Part shown: positions 8,207 through 16,462 of the stretch, piece by piece
Layout of the letters: the number at the start of each line of letters is the position of its first letter
How positions within the stretch are numbered: position 1 is the first letter of the stretch
DNA from: Verrucomicrobiota bacterium
GTDB lineage: Bacteria; Verrucomicrobiota; Verrucomicrobiia; Limisphaerales; UBA9464
Length of the DNA stretch: 64,000 bases
Assembly (NCBI GenBank): GCA_043755815.1
Contig: JAYUSF010000220.1
Coordinates: forward strand, 14,361 to 78,360
Direction: 5' to 3'
The notes under the pieces: generated by a model
Database searches by the model: none
What the model saw: the letters and a program-made list of their open reading frames with translations, nothing else
What the model was told of the DNA's origin: nothing
Made by a program: the position numbers and the translations under genes

Positions 8207-9859
8207 CTATTTCGGTGGCGTAAACAGGCGAAAGAATCGGCGAACCGGGCTGTCCGGTTCGTCGGAACCTTCAATGTGAGGGCTGGTGGCATCGAAGAGG
8301 TCTTTGTAAGGGCCTTCAGGCTTCTCAGCGCGTTGCAGCACCACCTTCGGCTTATTCCAGAAAATGAGAGTGGGATGCCTGTCATCGAAAACGAAGGCTC
8401 CGAGACTGCCTTGTGACTCCGGCCCCTGCAGGAGGAAAGCATGGTCCTCGACCTCGCCATCCGGGGCCGACGCGGTGTTCAGGGCCTCCTTCGCGGTGCT
8501 GAAGCGGAAGCGCACATACAAGTGACCTCCGATCGGGACCTTCACCCCCGAAAGGCTGAAGCTGAACTGGTTCACGCCGGCATAGACGCCCGTGGCGCCC
8601 TCCCGTTGCGTGACGAAATCCGTGGTCAACATCTCGCTCGAAGCGCTGAAGCTCCCGTCACCGTTCTTATCCGCCATGACGGTCAGGAAACCCGCCGCCG
8701 AGGCATACACCGCGCCGCTGAGGACCCAGGTGGACGGATCCCGCGGATCCACCTGCGCGAGCCGCATCACCACGCCATCTTCATCGGGTCCGTCCTTATC
8801 GCGGTTGTCGTCGACGGCGTAAGGGGAGGGCTGGCCATCCCCGTCCGCGTCCACCGTCAGCCCCAGATGGATGCCCGGCTTGATGACGTGGGCCGGCCCG
8901 CCGCTGGCGGCCAGGGTCCGATAGGTGTCAGGGGCGTCGCCGTAGTCCAACGCGCCTTCCGCGGGTGGCGCCGCATGGACCGGCACGGGCGGGGAGAGCT
9001 CCGACGTGTTGCCGCTCGGGTCGGTGTATGTCAGCCGCACGGTGGTGCCGGGAGGAGGATTGTCCGGGGCAGGAAGATTGATCTCAAACTCACCGGTGGG
9101 GGTTCCCGTCACCTGAAAGACGCCCGTCGGCGTAAGCCGGACTAAGCCGCTAGCGAGCCGTTCTTGGGTGTAGATCTCGACCACTCCGACTTTGTCGGTC
9201 GCGAGACGGATCTGGCCGGTCACCTCGGTGCCCGTTGCCGTTGGCGTCGCCACGACGGTATCGGGGAAGGGGGTCCCACCGGGGCCGTTGGGATCGGTCG
9301 AATTCGGGCCGTCGCCGCCCACATCTATCGGGTTGGGACCCGTGAAGGTGTTGTTCTGGAGAGTGACGATTGGCTGAGCCTCTCCGGGTTCGTCGCGCAC
9401 GACGATGTGCGCGGTCTGGTCGTAAGGGGAATTGCCTGTGAACGTGTTGCCCTTGACGAGGGTCACCGGAGTGCTGCCTTGGGATGTATTTCCGCCGCCT
9501 TCGATCAGAATGAAGGGTTTCGTCATCGGCAGGTCGTTTTCGCCGTCACTGCTGAACTCATCAAAAATGCTATCGGAAATCTCCACGCCGGGGCTGCCCG
9601 TCAGCGTCATTGCGGGAGCGGTGGTGTTGAACTGCGAGTCGGTCACCACAAAGCCGGCCGAGTTTTGGGCGTCGATGGCCTGGCCGTTGCCGACTACAAC
9701 CACCCCCCGGACCTCGTTGTCACGACCGTCTATATCGGCGATGGCGGCTACCGCTCTCCGGAGGTCGCTCTGAAACTCGCTATCCGCATCTAGGGATAAA
9801 AGCGCCCCGAGGACGAGGCTTTGGAAAGATGTTGCCCCCCCCTGAAACCGGAGAGCGTA
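8207..9859 (-). CDS. C-terminal fragment of a beta-helix adhesin-like protein, with a GEVED domain and an FFRL-type terminal module
   Basis: The frame is open from 9859, and the track lists 8207..9703 from a GTG. It contains beta-helix-like turns (NTFTGNSPY, LQNNTFTGPNP) and an Ig-like stretch. Next come ALDYGDAPDTYRT...LGLTVDADGDG and SAPDGEVEDHAF, which is the GEVED signature. The tail is VVLQRAEKPEGPY...RRFFRLFTPPK. It is probably continuous with 9790..11015 through a poly-G slip. Confidence 0.6.
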   Translation of the reverse strand, partial: YALRFQGGATSFQSLVLGALLSLDADSEFQSDLRRAVAAIADIDGRDNEVRGVVVVGNGQAIDAQNSAGFVVTDSQFNTTAPAMTLTGSPGVEISDSIFDEFSSDGENDLPMTKPFILIEGGGNTSQGSTPVTLVKGNTFTGNSPYDQTAHIVVRDEPGEAQPIVTLQNNTFTGPNPIDVGGDGPNSTDPNGPGGTPFPDTVVATPTATGTEVTGQIRLATDKVGVVEIYTQERLASGLVRLTPTGVFQVTGTPTGEFEINLPAPDNPPPGTTVRLTYTDPSGNTSELSPPVPVHAAPPAEGALDYGDAPDTYRTLAASGGPAHVIKPGIHLGLTVDADGDGQPSPYAVDDNRDKDGPDEDGVVMRLAQVDPRDPSTWVLSGAVYASAAGFLTVMADKNGDGSFSASSEMLTTDFVTQREGATGVYAGVNQFSFSLSGVKVPIGGHLYVRFRFSTAKEALNTASAPDGEVEDHAFLLQGPESQGSLGAFVFDDRHPTLIFWNKPKVVLQRAEKPEGPYKDLFDATSPHIEGSDEPDSPVRRFFRLFTPPK

Positions 9860-11015
9860 TCAGATGCGCCTTTCATGTGGATGCGGTGGTCACTGGGAGC
9901 CGGTTCGCCGCTCGGTTCCGCTTGTTGCTTGGCAATCAGTGGCCGCCGCAGGCTGTTTTCAGAGGGTCTCCTTGCGGCGAGCGCCTCTCCAACTGGCAGC
10001 GGATGTCCCACGGCATCCACTTCCCAACCCAGCAGACATTGCGTGATTTGATGCCCGCCACCCCCGCGGAGTTCGATGTCATCGCCGGGATTGTTGAGGA
10101 AAACCAGTCCCTGGACTAGGCAGTCCTGCGCCTCGATTCGCAGGCCATCGCTGCCCGCCGGCAGGTTCTTCCCGTCGAGGCGGATCAGCAGCGTGGGCTT
10201 GAACTCGTTCGTGGACGTGTTGGCCGCACTGCCCGGCTGGCTCAGTCCGTCAAGGATCACGGCCCGCTTGATGACCGGCAGTTCGGTCGACGCCGCGATG
10301 GTATGGACGCCCGCTCCCGGAATATTGAACTCGATCCGCCGCGAAATCGCCGCTCCGGCGGCGTTCGCGTCCAGGATGGCCTGCCGCAACGAGCCCGGCC
10401 CGCTGTCGGCCGTGCTAGTGACCACGGCGACCAGCGGCGGACCCACCGGGAAAGTGACGGCGCGGCAGGCGCAGAACTCCGAGGTGTTGCCGGCGGCATC
10501 CGTGGCCGTGGCCGTGAAGAAGTTGCCGGGGGCGGCGACGGTCAACGTCAGCTCAAAGGTCGCGTTGCCAGAGGCATCCGTGGTCACGGAGGCGGTGCCG
10601 AGATACGTCTGACCTTCACCGTTGCCGGAAGGATCACATTCGTCGTTGCCGTAGAAATCGAGCGTGAAAGTTTGCGCGGCCACGCTGTTCAGGCTGCCCT
10701 GGAGCACGAGACCGGCAGCCGAGTTCGACGCGAGCGTCAGCACCGGAAAGTTCTGCCCGAGATTGGCCCCGGCATCGGCGTCGCCCGGGTCATTGGCGTT
10801 GATGCCGCTGCTGAAGCCCAGATCAATTCCGAGCGACAACGCGAACTGGTTGACCGGCCCGGGCGGCGACACGTTGCCAAAGATCGAGTTGCCCCGGATG
10901 GAAACCTGCCGGCCGGTGACATTGAACACGCCGTCGCCCCGGTTGTGCGCGATGACGTTGGCGGCCCCGGGCTCAATCCCGCCCACCGTGACGCCGTAGG
11001 CATTCGAGACGAATG
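9790..11015 (-). CDS. middle fragment of the same beta-helix adhesin-like protein
   Basis: The track ORF is 9790..11181. The sequence looks meaningful only from about 11015 (FVSNAYGVTVGGIEPGAANVIAHNRGDGVFNV...). It has parallel beta-helix style repeats and then a second copy of the module VTSTADSGPGSLRQAILDANAAGA...IEFNIPGAGVHTIAASTELPVI...ILDGLSQPGSAANT. Confidence 0.55.
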
Positions 11016-11860
11016 CCGCCGCCCAGATTACCCACGTCCGCGCTGCCCAGGAAGTCGGTGCCGATGCGGTTGCCCAGAATGCGAATCGCCAGGTTCTGCC
11101 CGGAGGCGCCGATGATGCGGAGGGTGGCGTTGGTCTGATTGCCGATGAACTGGTTGCCGGCTCCCGGCTCGGTCCCACCAATGGTCCCGCGCAGAGAATT
11201 GGTCAGCACCAAGGCCCCGCTGGCGCTGCCTTCGACCGGCGCGCCAGGCGTGCGGCGGATGCCGAAGAAATTTCCCTGAATGAGGAAGTCCGTTGCCTCG
11301 GTGGCCGAGATGCCGATGCCGCTGACGATCACGTTGCGCTGCCCGGCAGCCGTCCCACCGACGCGCGCGTTCACCCCTCGCCGGGTGGTGATGCCGACGC
11401 CGTCACCGCGAAACTGGCAGCCCTCGATTACGGTGCCATTCCCGGCCATATTCACGCCCGCCAAGCCGCCGACGAAGTCCACGCCGCGGATCACATTGGT
11501 TGCCCCGACGCAGACCAGGAAAAAGGGCGCGGTGCTGCCGGCCTCACCGATCTGGATGCGCCACTGCGCGTCCATGCCCGTCGCAAGCGTGTTGGGCGCG
11601 GAACCGGGCTGCGTGAAGCCGTCCAGCGTGACCTGGCCGTTCAGGGACGGCAGTTCCGACAGGGGGACGATCTGGTGAGGGCCGTCGCCCGGGATGTTGA
11701 ACTGGATCACGTCCGCCCCCGCCGGCTGGCTGTCTTGCAGCGCCTGCCGCAGCGAGCCCGGGCCGGTGTCGTTGACGTTGGTGACGGTGAAGGTGGCGGC
11801 GTGGCTGAACAGGCTGAACCCGAGCAGACCAAGGGTCGCGACGTCGGATAAGCGTTTCAT
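10973..11860 (-). CDS. N-terminal fragment of the beta-helix adhesin-like protein (signal peptide plus a CSLREA-like N-terminal module)
   Basis: It begins MKRLSDVATLGLLGFSLFSHAATF (Sec signal), then TVTNVNDTGPGSLRQALQDS...IQFNIPGDGPHQIVPLSELPSL...LDGFTQPGSAPNT, then repetitive G/N/I-rich beta-helix turns. It ends at a stop shortly after the frame break near 11013. Confidence 0.6.
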   Translation of the reverse strand: MKRLSDVATLGLLGFSLFSHAATFTVTNVNDTGPGSLRQALQDSQPAGADVIQFNIPGDGPHQIVPLSELPSLNGQVTLDGFTQPGSAPNTLATGMDAQWRIQIGEAGSTAPFFLVCVGATNVIRGVDFVGGLAGVNMAGNGTVIEGCQFRGDGVGITTRRGVNARVGGTAAGQRNVIVSGIGISATEATDFLIQGNFFGIRRTPGAPVEGSASGALVLTNSLRGTIGGTEPGAGNQFIGNQTNATLRIIGASGQNLAIRILGNRIGTDFLGSADVGNLGGGIRLECLRRHGGRD

Positions 11861-12018
11861 GGCGAATCAAAGACTCGGCCAACGTCGGAACGGATTGGGG
11901 CCAACGGCCGACGCAACAAAGTGCTTTAGGCTGTGAGCAGGCGCTTCCCGCCGGTCCAAAGCGAGCCCAAAGGCGTCCGTAACAATCGTTAGGGGGCGCA
12001 GCTTTTCACCGCGGCAGC

Positions 12019-12067
12019 GACGCCGTGACCGACTGGGAGAAGCAGCGGTATTTCGAGCGGATTTGAA
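12019..12067. repeat. direct repeat copy 2 (49 bp, non-coding duplicate of the GS-gene 3' end)
   Basis: It is identical to 7798-7846 and lies 64 nt upstream of the glgB start. Confidence 0.95.
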
Positions 12068-12131
12068 GTGCGAGGGGGCGGGCCGTGCTTTTGCCATTCC
12101 GCTTTCCCCGGGTCGGGCGTTTACTCCCGCC

Positions 12132-14327
12132 ATGCTTCTCACCGACGCCGAGCTGCACTCGCTCACCGGGCTCGTTCATCAATCGCCCCACACGCTCCTC
12201 GGACTGCATCCGCTGGGCGATGGTTCCGGGCTGGTCGCGCGGGCGCAAATTCCCGACGCCGCCAAGGTTGAACTGGTGCCGGTGCATGACGTTTCGAAGC
12301 CGAAGATCGCGCTGAAGCGGATCGGGGAGACGGCGGTGTTTGAAGGCACGACGAAGAAGGCCAGCGAGGTCTACGCCTATGACCTCGTCATCACCTGGGG
12401 CGACGGCACCAAGACCCAGGGACGCGACCCGTTCTCCTTCTGGCCGACCGTCGGTGAAACCGACCTGCACCTCTTCGGCGAAGGCAATCACCGCAAGTTG
12501 GGCGACGTTCTTGGCGCGCAGTTGAAGACGCTCGACGGCGTTCCGGGCACCGGCTTCGCCGTCTGGGCACCCAACGCGCGGCGCGTTTCCGTCATCGGCA
12601 GCTTCAACGGTTGGGACGGCCGCCGCCATCCCATGCGCCTGCTCGGTTCGTCCGGCGTGTGGGAGATCTTCGTGCCCGGCGTCACGGAAGGCGCGCTCTA
12701 CAAGTTCGAGATCCTCGACGCGCAGGGGAATCTGAAGGTGAACACCGACCCGTTTGGCGCGCTCTTCGAGCAGCCGCCCAAGCAGGCCGCCATCGTCTGG
12801 AACACCAAGAAGTTCCAGTGGAGCGACGCGGCGTGGCTGGAGCAGCGCACCAAGACCAACTCGCTTAAGGCGCCGATGAGCATCTACGAGGTCCATCTTG
12901 GCTCCTGGCGCCGGAAGTCCGGCTGGGAAGCCCTCGGCTACCGCGAACTCGCCGGACCGCTGGTGGACTACGTGCGGAAGCTCGGCTTCACTCATGTCGA
13001 ATTCCTGCCGCTGGCCGAGCACGCCTACTACCCAAGCTGGGGCTATCAGGTCACCGGGTTCTACGCGCCCACCAGCCGTTACGGCACCCCCGAGGATTTC
13101 CAGTTCCTGGTCAACGCCCTGCATGAGGCCGGCATCGGCGTGCTCGTGGACTGGGTGCCAGCGCACTTCCCGCGTGACACCTGGGCCCTCGCGCAGTTCG
13201 ACGGCACCGCGCTCTTCGAGCACGCCGATCCGCGTCAGGGCGCGCATCAGGACTGGGGCACGCTCATCTTCAACTACGGCCGCAACGAGGTCAGAAACTT
13301 CCTCGCCGCCAACGCGCTGCACTGGTGCGAACGCTTCCACATCGACGGCCTGCGCGTGGATGCCGTCGCCTCGATGCTCTACCTCGACTACTCGCGCAAG
13401 GAGGGCGAATGGATTCCCAACCAGTTCGGTGGCCGCGAGAATTTGGAGGCCATCGAGTTCCTCAAGCACTTCAACCACCTCATCGGCACTGAACATCCCG
13501 GCGTCGTCACGATCGCCGAGGAAAGCACGGCCTTCCCGATGGTCTCGCGCCCGCCTTGGCTCGGCGGGCTCGGCTTCAACCTCAAGTGGAACATGGGCTG
13601 GATGCATGACACGCTCGGCTACTTCGGCCGCGATCCGATCTACCGCCGGTTCCACCAGAACGACCTCACGTTCGCGATGCTCTATCAGGGCCACGAGAAT
13701 TTTGTGCTGCCGCTCTCGCACGACGAGGTCGTCCACGGCAAGGGCTCGCTCCGCCAGCGCATGCCCGGCGACGACTGGCAGGCCGCCGCGAACCTCCGCG
13801 CGCTACTGGGCTACCAGTGGCTCTTCCCCGGCAAGAAGCTCCTCTTCATGGGCCAGGAATTTGGCCAGTCCGCCGAATGGAATTCCGCCACGGAACTCGA
13901 CTGGTGGCTCCTCGAAGCCGGCCCCTTCCACGCCGGTATCCAGAAGTGGATGGGCGACCTCAACGCCTTCTACCAGGGCGAACCTGCCCTCTGGCGCGGC
14001 GACTATGAGCAGGATGGATTCTGGTGGGTGGACTGCGGTGATCACGCCAACAGCGTGCTGACCTTCATCCGCCACGACCGCGAGTCCGGCTCCCACGTCC
14101 TCGCCGTGCTGAATCTCACGCCCAATCTCCTGAGCGGCTACCGCATTGGCCTGCCCAAGCCCGGCTGCTGGCGCGAAGTGCTGAACAGCGATGCCGGCAT
14201 CTACGCCGGCAGCAACCAGGGTAATCCGCTGGGCGTGACCGCCGAGGATTACGCGGTGCAGAACCAGCGTTACTCCGCGATGTTCACGCTGCCGCCGCTG
14301 AGCGTGAGCGTGTTCAAGGCGGAGTGA
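12132..14327 (+). CDS. glgB: 1,4-alpha-glucan (glycogen) branching enzyme
   Basis: GH13 branching-enzyme motifs are present: FAVWAPNARRVSVIGSFNGWDG, VLVDWVPAHFPRD, HIDGLRVDAVASMLYLDY, VVTIAEESTAFP, FVLPLSHDEVVHGKGSL, and the C-terminal VLNLTPN...YRIGLP. The start is set to ATG 12132 (MLLTDAELH...). The track ORF begins at a TTG at 12063 inside the 49-bp repeat. Confidence 0.95.
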   Translation: MLLTDAELHSLTGLVHQSPHTLLGLHPLGDGSGLVARAQIPDAAKVELVPVHDVSKPKIALKRIGETAVFEGTTKKASEVYAYDLVITWGDGTKTQGRDPFSFWPTVGETDLHLFGEGNHRKLGDVLGAQLKTLDGVPGTGFAVWAPNARRVSVIGSFNGWDGRRHPMRLLGSSGVWEIFVPGVTEGALYKFEILDAQGNLKVNTDPFGALFEQPPKQAAIVWNTKKFQWSDAAWLEQRTKTNSLKAPMSIYEVHLGSWRRKSGWEALGYRELAGPLVDYVRKLGFTHVEFLPLAEHAYYPSWGYQVTGFYAPTSRYGTPEDFQFLVNALHEAGIGVLVDWVPAHFPRDTWALAQFDGTALFEHADPRQGAHQDWGTLIFNYGRNEVRNFLAANALHWCERFHIDGLRVDAVASMLYLDYSRKEGEWIPNQFGGRENLEAIEFLKHFNHLIGTEHPGVVTIAEESTAFPMVSRPPWLGGLGFNLKWNMGWMHDTLGYFGRDPIYRRFHQNDLTFAMLYQGHENFVLPLSHDEVVHGKGSLRQRMPGDDWQAAANLRALLGYQWLFPGKKLLFMGQEFGQSAEWNSATELDWWLLEAGPFHAGIQKWMGDLNAFYQGEPALWRGDYEQDGFWWVDCGDHANSVLTFIRHDRESGSHVLAVLNLTPNLLSGYRIGLPKPGCWREVLNSDAGIYAGSNQGNPLGVTAEDYAVQNQRYSAMFTLPPLSVSVFKAE

Positions 14328-14330
14328 GCC
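14205..14330. repeat. glgB 3'-end segment duplicated at 16209-16334 (copy 1, functional)
   Basis: gccggcagcaaccagggtaatccgctgggcgtgaccgccgagga...gtgttcaaggcggagtgag aligns to 16209-16334 with a few substitutions. Copy 2 also has one extra A. Confidence 0.9.
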
Positions 14331-14370
14331 GGCAGTTTAGATCCACCAAGCACGGAGATCGCTCGCCACC

Positions 14371-14640
14371 ATGGATGCCCCGGAACTGTTATTGGCCTTT
14401 TTTGCAGTCATGGGCCTGCTTCTGGTGATCTTCGCCTCATCGGTTGCGAGGCTGCTTCGGTCGTTGTCGGCGATCGCGTTCAAACAGCCCAGCCAGCAAT
14501 GGCCTTTGGCGAAGGCGATGGTGGGTCTTGTGTTCGAGCCCCGGCGACTTCCCTTTGTCGTGAGGGCGCTCGGAGTTGCCTATGTGGCGACGGGGATGTT
14601 GCTTTTTTTTCTTATAAAGCTGCTACCTCGTCTTGGTTAA
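14371..14640 (+). CDS. hypothetical small membrane protein (89 aa)
   Basis: It has an ATG start and two clear hydrophobic helices (LLLAFFAVMGLLLVIFASSV, ALGVAYVATGMLLFFLIKLL). It lies in the accessory patch after glgB. No family was recognised. Confidence 0.4.
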   Translation: MDAPELLLAFFAVMGLLLVIFASSVARLLRSLSAIAFKQPSQQWPLAKAMVGLVFEPRRLPFVVRALGVAYVATGMLLFFLIKLLPRLG

Positions 14641-14728
14641 GGGCGCGCACGGGATCCAGGTCCGCTCTCTGGCATTGCCGCGCAAACGCCCCCTTGACCG
14701 GTTGCCCAACTCGCAACAGAAGTGAGTT

Positions 14729-14953
14729 ATGCTGAATCTGGAAAATCTCCGGTCCCGGGTGCGCGGTGCCGGCTTCACTCCCTTCACTTTGCACCTGACC
14801 GATGGACGGGAGCTTCAGGTGCCGCATCCTGAGTTCATCGCAGTTAGCCGCAATATCGTTGTGGTGGTGACCGAGGACGGAGTGAGTTTCAGCATTGATC
14901 CTCTCCACATCGTCGCAATCTCCGACAGGTCGGCGGCGCCGACGGCTGGGTAA
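14729..14953 (+). CDS. hypothetical protein (74 aa)
   Basis: The ATG-initiated ORF has globular-looking composition (FTPFTLHLTDGRELQVPHPEFIAVSRNIVVVVTEDG). No recognisable family. Confidence 0.35.
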   Translation: MLNLENLRSRVRGAGFTPFTLHLTDGRELQVPHPEFIAVSRNIVVVVTEDGVSFSIDPLHIVAISDRSAAPTAG

Positions 14954-15038
14954 GATCGTCGGCACATGTTTCTGCGTTGTAGTGAAGGCGGTCCGTTTGC
15001 CGGATTGAACCGACGGTTGAATACGACATACTTCCGCC

Positions 15039-15284
15039 ATGCGACTTGCTGAACTCTTGCCGGCTCTTCGCGAGCTGCCGCGACCGGAGAAGCTGCTCGC
15101 GGTGGAATTCCTGAACAACGAACTCGCCCGAGACGCTGAGCCTGGAGCGACTACAGTCCAGAGTGCCAAACCGGCTGCTTCCGGTGCGATCCATGCCGAA
15201 GTGCTGGCCCTTTCCGGCCTCGTCCCGGCCGGCATTGAAGCCCGGGAAAGCCACATGGAGCACCTGCTGGCCAAGCACCGGTGA
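15039..15284 (+). CDS. putative antitoxin (addiction-module component with LPxxE(K/R) N-terminal motif)
   Basis: The N-terminus LPALRELPRPEKLLAVEFLNNELA resembles the LP..ER..La..L motif of small addiction-module antitoxins. Its stop overlaps (GTGA at 15281-15284) the start of a PIN-like remnant. Confidence 0.4.
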   Translation: MRLAELLPALRELPRPEKLLAVEFLNNELARDAEPGATTVQSAKPAASGAIHAEVLALSGLVPAGIEARESHMEHLLAKHR

Positions 15285-15463
15285 AAGTCCTGCTGGATCT
15301 CAACGTCCTGCTCGACGTGGTGCAGCAACGGGTGCTGGGAAGTGAAATGTTCCGCGGGCAGCCGTTCAGAACATCTCTTCGCCAAAGGGAAGCTGGCTCG
15401 GAAGCAGGAACGTCTTCACCAGTTCACCCTCGCCGCAGACGGTCATTCCCGGAAACCGCTTGA
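15281..15463 (+). pseudogene. truncated PIN-domain (VapC-like) toxin remnant
   Basis: The first 17 codons (V)KVLLDLNVLLDVVQQR match the conserved PIN N-terminus containing the first catalytic Asp. After about codon 20 the sequence loses any PIN-like character, and the region is occupied by an opposite-strand two-gene cassette. Confidence 0.3.
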
Positions 15464-15611
15464 ACCAAGGCCCCGGCGGCACGGTTGGCTGAGTGTCCAG
15501 CCACGAGGCCAACTGCCCGAGCGCACTGGCCGGAATGCGGCGCTGCTCAATCCGATCCAGCAGGTGTCGCAACACCGCGGGTGGCAGGTTCTGACGACGA
15601 ACCGTGGGCAT
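15366..15611 (-). CDS. hypothetical protein (81 aa), downstream partner of a putative antitoxin (candidate toxin)
   Basis: Its ATG shares one base with the upstream gene's TGA (TGATG at 15609-15613), a typical TA-pair coupling. No known toxin family was recognised. Confidence 0.4.
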   Translation of the reverse strand: MPTVRRQNLPPAVLRHLLDRIEQRRIPASALGQLASWLDTQPTVPPGPWFKRFPGMTVCGEGELVKTFLLPSQLPFGEEMF

Positions 15612-15823
15612 CAGCGGCGGCCGTAGAATCCGGTCTCGATGGAGTCTCGCAGGACTTGGGCTTCCGCAACGTCGTTGGTCGTTGCCAAGCGTTCTCCCAG
15701 AGTGGTCAAGGCGGCGGCGCTCAGCATCCCCTCAGCTTCCAAACTGCGGGCGAAGCGGATGACTTCAGCCCGCTCCACGGCTGGCAGGGCGACAATCTCG
15801 CCGATGATTTGCGTGGCAGTCAT
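15611..15823 (-). CDS. putative antitoxin (addiction-module component, LPxxER motif)
   Basis: IIGEIVALPAVERAEVIRFARSLE matches the LP..ER..(hydrophobic)..L motif of small addiction-module antitoxins. It is 70 aa and coupled to the next ORF. Confidence 0.4.
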   Translation of the reverse strand: MTATQIIGEIVALPAVERAEVIRFARSLEAEGMLSAAALTTLGERLATTNDVAEAQVLRDSIETGFYGRR

Positions 15824-15883
15824 GACCGCAGGCTACTGAAACTGGGCGACAGGGTCAAACCGGGTGGACTCAGAAGGAATGCA

Positions 15884-16212
15884 GGCGCATCTGGGCACCG
15901 TCGGCTGTGCTCCGCTTGCTGGTGGGGCGAGACTCTGTCGAGCCCCACCAGCAAGCGGAGCGAGGCGAACGGAGTGAGCATCTCTTCCCCTCGCCCCCGA
16001 GACGCTCGCCGCGCTCGCACCGGCTCCGCCGGCAAACAGGGCTCGACGGAGTCTCGCCCCACCGGGCACGCGCGGTGTTTGACGCGCGAATGCTTGGTGA
16101 ATGAATGCAACTGCGCAGCGTCGTCGGCTTGAAACAGCTTCAATGAAATTCCCTGCCTCTGGCCGTCGCCTCTTCGCCATCTTGTCCGCCTTCAGTTTCG
16201 CCTGGGCCGCCG
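15884..16212. repeat. copy 1 of a ~330-bp repeat (upstream region plus first codons of the beta-helix gene at 17377); contains a nested palindromic element at 15913-16063
   Basis: It aligns along its length with 17117-17446 at an estimated 85-90% identity by eye. It includes a perfect 15-bp stem (15913-15927 with 15943-15957) and a long-range arm at 16042-16063. It ends at the chimeric junction with the glgB-tail copy. Confidence 0.85.
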
Positions 16213-16334
16213 GCAGCAACCAAGGGCAATCCGCTGGGCGTGACCGCCGAGGACTACGCGGTGCAGAACCAGCGCTGCTCCGCGATGTTCACGCTCCCGC
16301 CGCTGAGCGTGAGTGTGTTCAAGGCGGAGTGAGT
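16209..16334. repeat. non-functional duplicate of the glgB 3' end (copy 2)
   Basis: See 14205-14330. It is fused at 16209-16212 (microhomology gccg) to the signal-peptide-coding 5' end copy, giving the chimeric track ORF 16101..16376. Confidence 0.9.
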
Positions 16335-16462
16335 TCCGGGCAGCTTCCTGACGGGCACCGCTCAGTTTGTTGCTGAGTCCATTTCCCAAGCCCCGCGGAC
16401 CGACAGCGAGTTGCACAGACGTGCGCCCGACCACTTGAAGCGCTCCACGCTCCGCGCGGGGC

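Noticed and set aside
8012-8279. Small ORFs (8012..8194 minus, 8019..8279 plus) between the palindromic element and the adhesin stop.
   Set aside because: They overlap each other and the repeat element. They have no start context, no motif and no recognisable family, so they are probably non-coding spacer.
14520-14545. A gttcgagcc string examined as a possible tRNA T-loop. I also scanned all intergenic regions generally for tRNA or rRNA.
   Set aside because: No flanking stems give a cloverleaf, and the string lies inside a plausible small membrane-protein ORF. No GGTTCGAATCC-type T-arms or rRNA-like conserved blocks were seen anywhere in the window.
16101-16376. A 91-aa ORF with a good signal peptide (MKFPASGRRLFAILSAFSFAWAA...).
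   Set aside because: It is a chimeric product of the duplication junction. The signal-peptide codons are copied from gene 17377 and fused to an out-of-frame copy of the glgB tail. I treat it as a rearrangement scar, not a gene.
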